A stretch of DNA of 27,598 bases. Source: a virus (taxonomy: Duplodnaviria > Caudoviricetes). The stretch spans positions 1 through 27,598 of IMG/VR virus record IMGVR_UViG_3300017763_000135; one strand, written 5' to 3'. The position numbers were made by a program, and so were the translations under genes. The stretch's first letter is position 1. Each line of letters begins with the position of its first letter. Below the pieces are notes generated by a model. That model was not told the DNA's origin. It did not search any database and saw only the letters and a list, made by a program, of their open reading frames with translations. Below are positions 27,324-27,598 of this stretch, piece after piece.

Positions 27324-27419
27324 TTAAAATCTCCTTTGACTAGCATTTTTATTTCCCATGACCATCATACCCGAGACGAGCAGAACGGTCAAGAGTATTA
27401 CATACAGAAAACTTAGCAT
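27324..27419 (-). CDS. 31-aa single-transmembrane micropeptide
   Basis: Hand translation: MLSFLYVILLTVLLVSGMMVMGNKNASQRRF*. The ATG overlaps the upstream TGA (TGATG) and the stop lies 2 nt before the next ATG. It has about 21 uncharged, mostly hydrophobic residues followed by a basic tail. Confidence 0.6.
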   Translation of the reverse strand: MLSFLYVILLTVLLVSGMMVMGNKNASQRRF

Positions 27420-27598
27420 CAAATAATACGAGTCTTCTCGTGACCTACACGAATACGAGGGTCGCACCAGATTTCAAACCCTTTCTCCTTCGCATCCAAA
27501 CAGAAACTTACATCCTCTCCACACATATCTTGCACACTCCCAGATTCAAATACTTGCATCTTCGGTGCAAACCATGGATACTCTAAATTCTCAAAGAC
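27419..27598 (-). CDS. glycosyltransferase (GT-A/GT2-like), C-terminal fragment
   Basis: Hand translation: ...VFENLEYPWFAPKMQVFESGSVQDMCGEDVSFCLDAKEKGFEIWCDPRIRVGHEKTRII*. GEDxxFC...GFxIWxDPxxxVGH is the GT2-type catalytic-base region. The start lies outside the window. Confidence 0.8.
   Translation of the reverse strand, partial: VFENLEYPWFAPKMQVFESGSVQDMCGEDVSFCLDAKEKGFEIWCDPRIRVGHEKTRII

Noticed and set aside
27324-27419. Calling the micropeptide psbT
   Set aside because: Resemblance is confined to about 11 hydrophobic N-terminal residues and the conserved C-terminal motif is missing.
1-27598. tRNA, rRNA or structured ncRNA genes
   Set aside because: After adding the small ORFs, intergenic gaps are all under about 65 nt and contain only promoter or terminator motifs.

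Overview
AT-rich window in which all credible genes lie on the minus strand. It is the virion-structure (baseplate to neck) module of a large T4-like cyanobacterial myophage (Kyanoviridae-like, inferred from gene content and order). In the direction of transcription (right to left): C-terminal end of a GT2-type glycosyltransferase; a 31-aa membrane micropeptide; a 45-aa basic peptide; an intrinsic terminator; a 237-aa conserved hypothetical; a 55-aa ORF; gp25; gp6 with a 28-Ser tail; a giant 4640-aa gp7-like wedge initiator; gp8; a 2504-aa DUF4815/VrlC-like virion protein; a 75-aa coiled-coil protein; a 58-aa NblA-like ORF; and the start of gp13. Five small or partial genes plus the gp13 start were missed by the ORF track and were translated by hand. 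T4 late-promoter-like (N)ATAAATA motifs precede several genes. The most notable observations are the NblA-like gene embedded in the late structural operon and the nested domain architecture of gp7, which includes an inserted cupredoxin-like module with an intact His/Cys/His/Met set. All family assignments come from motif recognition, not database searches.
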